Of a stretch of DNA of 64,000 nucleotides, positions 62,601 through 64,000 are shown in pieces; within the stretch, counting starts at the first letter, position 1; each line of letters begins with the position of its first letter. The notes under the pieces are model-generated. The model saw only the letters and a list, made by a program, of their open reading frames with translations. It was not told where the DNA came from and did no database searches. The stretch is from Nageia nagi (lineage: Eukaryota; Plantae; Pinophyta), in the NCBI GenBank assembly GCA_050084985.1, contig JBITNC010000001.1, forward strand, positions 114,886,001 to 114,950,000. Reading direction: 5' to 3'. Both the position numbers and the translations under genes were made by a program.

Positions 62601-64000
62601 ATATGAGAAAGCTTATGCTACTAATATTGTCAATTTTTTTAAGAAGAATTAAATAAGGGAATAATATTTAATACTAAAAGTGACGAGGAAATTTGGAATA
62701 AAGATATTAAGTGTTATTTGATGCATGAAAGTTGATTATTGCAAATTATGGTTTTTTAATGTTAGGAATAAAAAGGGAGTTCTTATTCATGTTTGTGAAA
62801 ATGTACACATGTTAATATGAATTGTGTTTAAAATAGAACTAGAATGCATTTAGTGATCATCGAAAGAGTTGTCCTAATCCAATACTCGCATTTAACAAGT
62901 GACTCCACATTGATGAAGATGAAGATTAGGATAAAATTGCGAAGACTTATACTCATTTACAATGTATTTTGTTAATTCAATATATGAATTAATGCATAAG
63001 TTTGTAAGATTTATCAAAATGTATTTTGACTTATACAAATGTTTCATAATTGAAGTATTATTTTATGTTGGATGAATGTATTAATGAATAATTATATTTG
63101 TTTATTCATGTTATTTTATTAAAATAAACTTGAAAGTTTATATAGAAAACGAATGTGATGTTATTGATGTTTATTATTTTCAATGAAATATATTATGATT
63201 TAATTCGATTTTGTAATTTATTTTATTCCAAAATTACAAATTAATAATGAAAGCATTTCTTAAATTAAAAGATTTTTTTTTATGGAAATGATAAATTACT
63301 GTAAGACTTAAAGAAAACTAATAGTTGAAGTTACCTTGAAGATAACATAAAAATATATAAGTTAGGAAACCAAGTTTGAATCATATGAGATACTCGAGAT
63401 CTATTTCGTAGTCTTAGCTTTGGACTCCTATAAAATCTTGTAGTAGGATCTACGTTAAGTAGACTATATCTCAATATGGATACAAACTATAATGAAAACT
63501 TTTACTAGGACAAAAGCTAGATAGCATTAAAAAATATTATAGTAAACCATAAGTTTATTTAAAAGAACATAGAAAACAATTAAAGTATAATTCTTCCTTA
63601 GATAATTAAATCATAAACACCTACCTAGAGAATAATGAGTTGGTTATTCCTAGTAAGGTGGTATTAACATGAGTTATGGGCCCTAAGAAGTAACCCAATG
63701 TTTATTGTGATCGAGAGAACTTAAATATGGGAGATATTTAAGGAATTAGTAATCACTTTGATTTGTAATTGTGGGAACATAATCACTCCTACCCACTTGA
63801 GATTCATTTGTAGTGACTAAGTTAAACCCAAATGTGGAATGCCTTAACCCATGATTAATGTTTATAGGTGTTTGAATAGATACATAAATAAATAAATAAA
63901 ATGGTCTTAAATTTGGGTAGAATTAGTAATATACTTTAATTAGTATGTATTTTGGCAATAGGATCATGTATTCATAGCACGAGAAATGTATTTTGATGCT

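Noticed and set aside
59900-64000. Genes, SINE or LTR remnants in the AT-rich right end
   Set aside because: No coherent ORF, termini or TSD could be established; probably very old TE debris.

Overview
AT-rich eukaryotic plant DNA; the intron sizes and TE types suggest a conifer or other gymnosperm (inference). The window holds one host gene, on the minus strand and not recovered as a protein by the ORF track: a CCCH zinc-finger/FG nucleoporin of the CG1/NUP42 (NUPL2) family. Its six coding exons run from 48171 down to 2510, separated by introns of about 9.5 kb, 9.9 kb, 142 bp, 210 bp and 25 kb. Exon 6 probably ends at a GC donor, and the remaining exon(s) lie left of the window. The introns are filled with nested TEs: Tat/Ogre-like gypsy remnants, several solo LTRs with TSDs, a non-autonomous long-LTR element, a hAT pseudogene, a hAT MITE, and a 5'-truncated L1 LINE carrying extra ORF(s) after its RNase H. 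Intron 5 also contains a 1.4-kb diverged inverted repeat of coding-like sequence. Upstream of the gene is a young, structurally complete Ty1/copia element (50059-59043, CCAAA TSD, 4 differences between 489-bp LTRs). It has a 3-kb leader flanked by splice signals and enclosing GC-rich PPR-like cargo, and a 3' UTR array of six co-varying hairpins, each containing a 5' splice-site consensus. All comparisons were made by eye; no searches were run.
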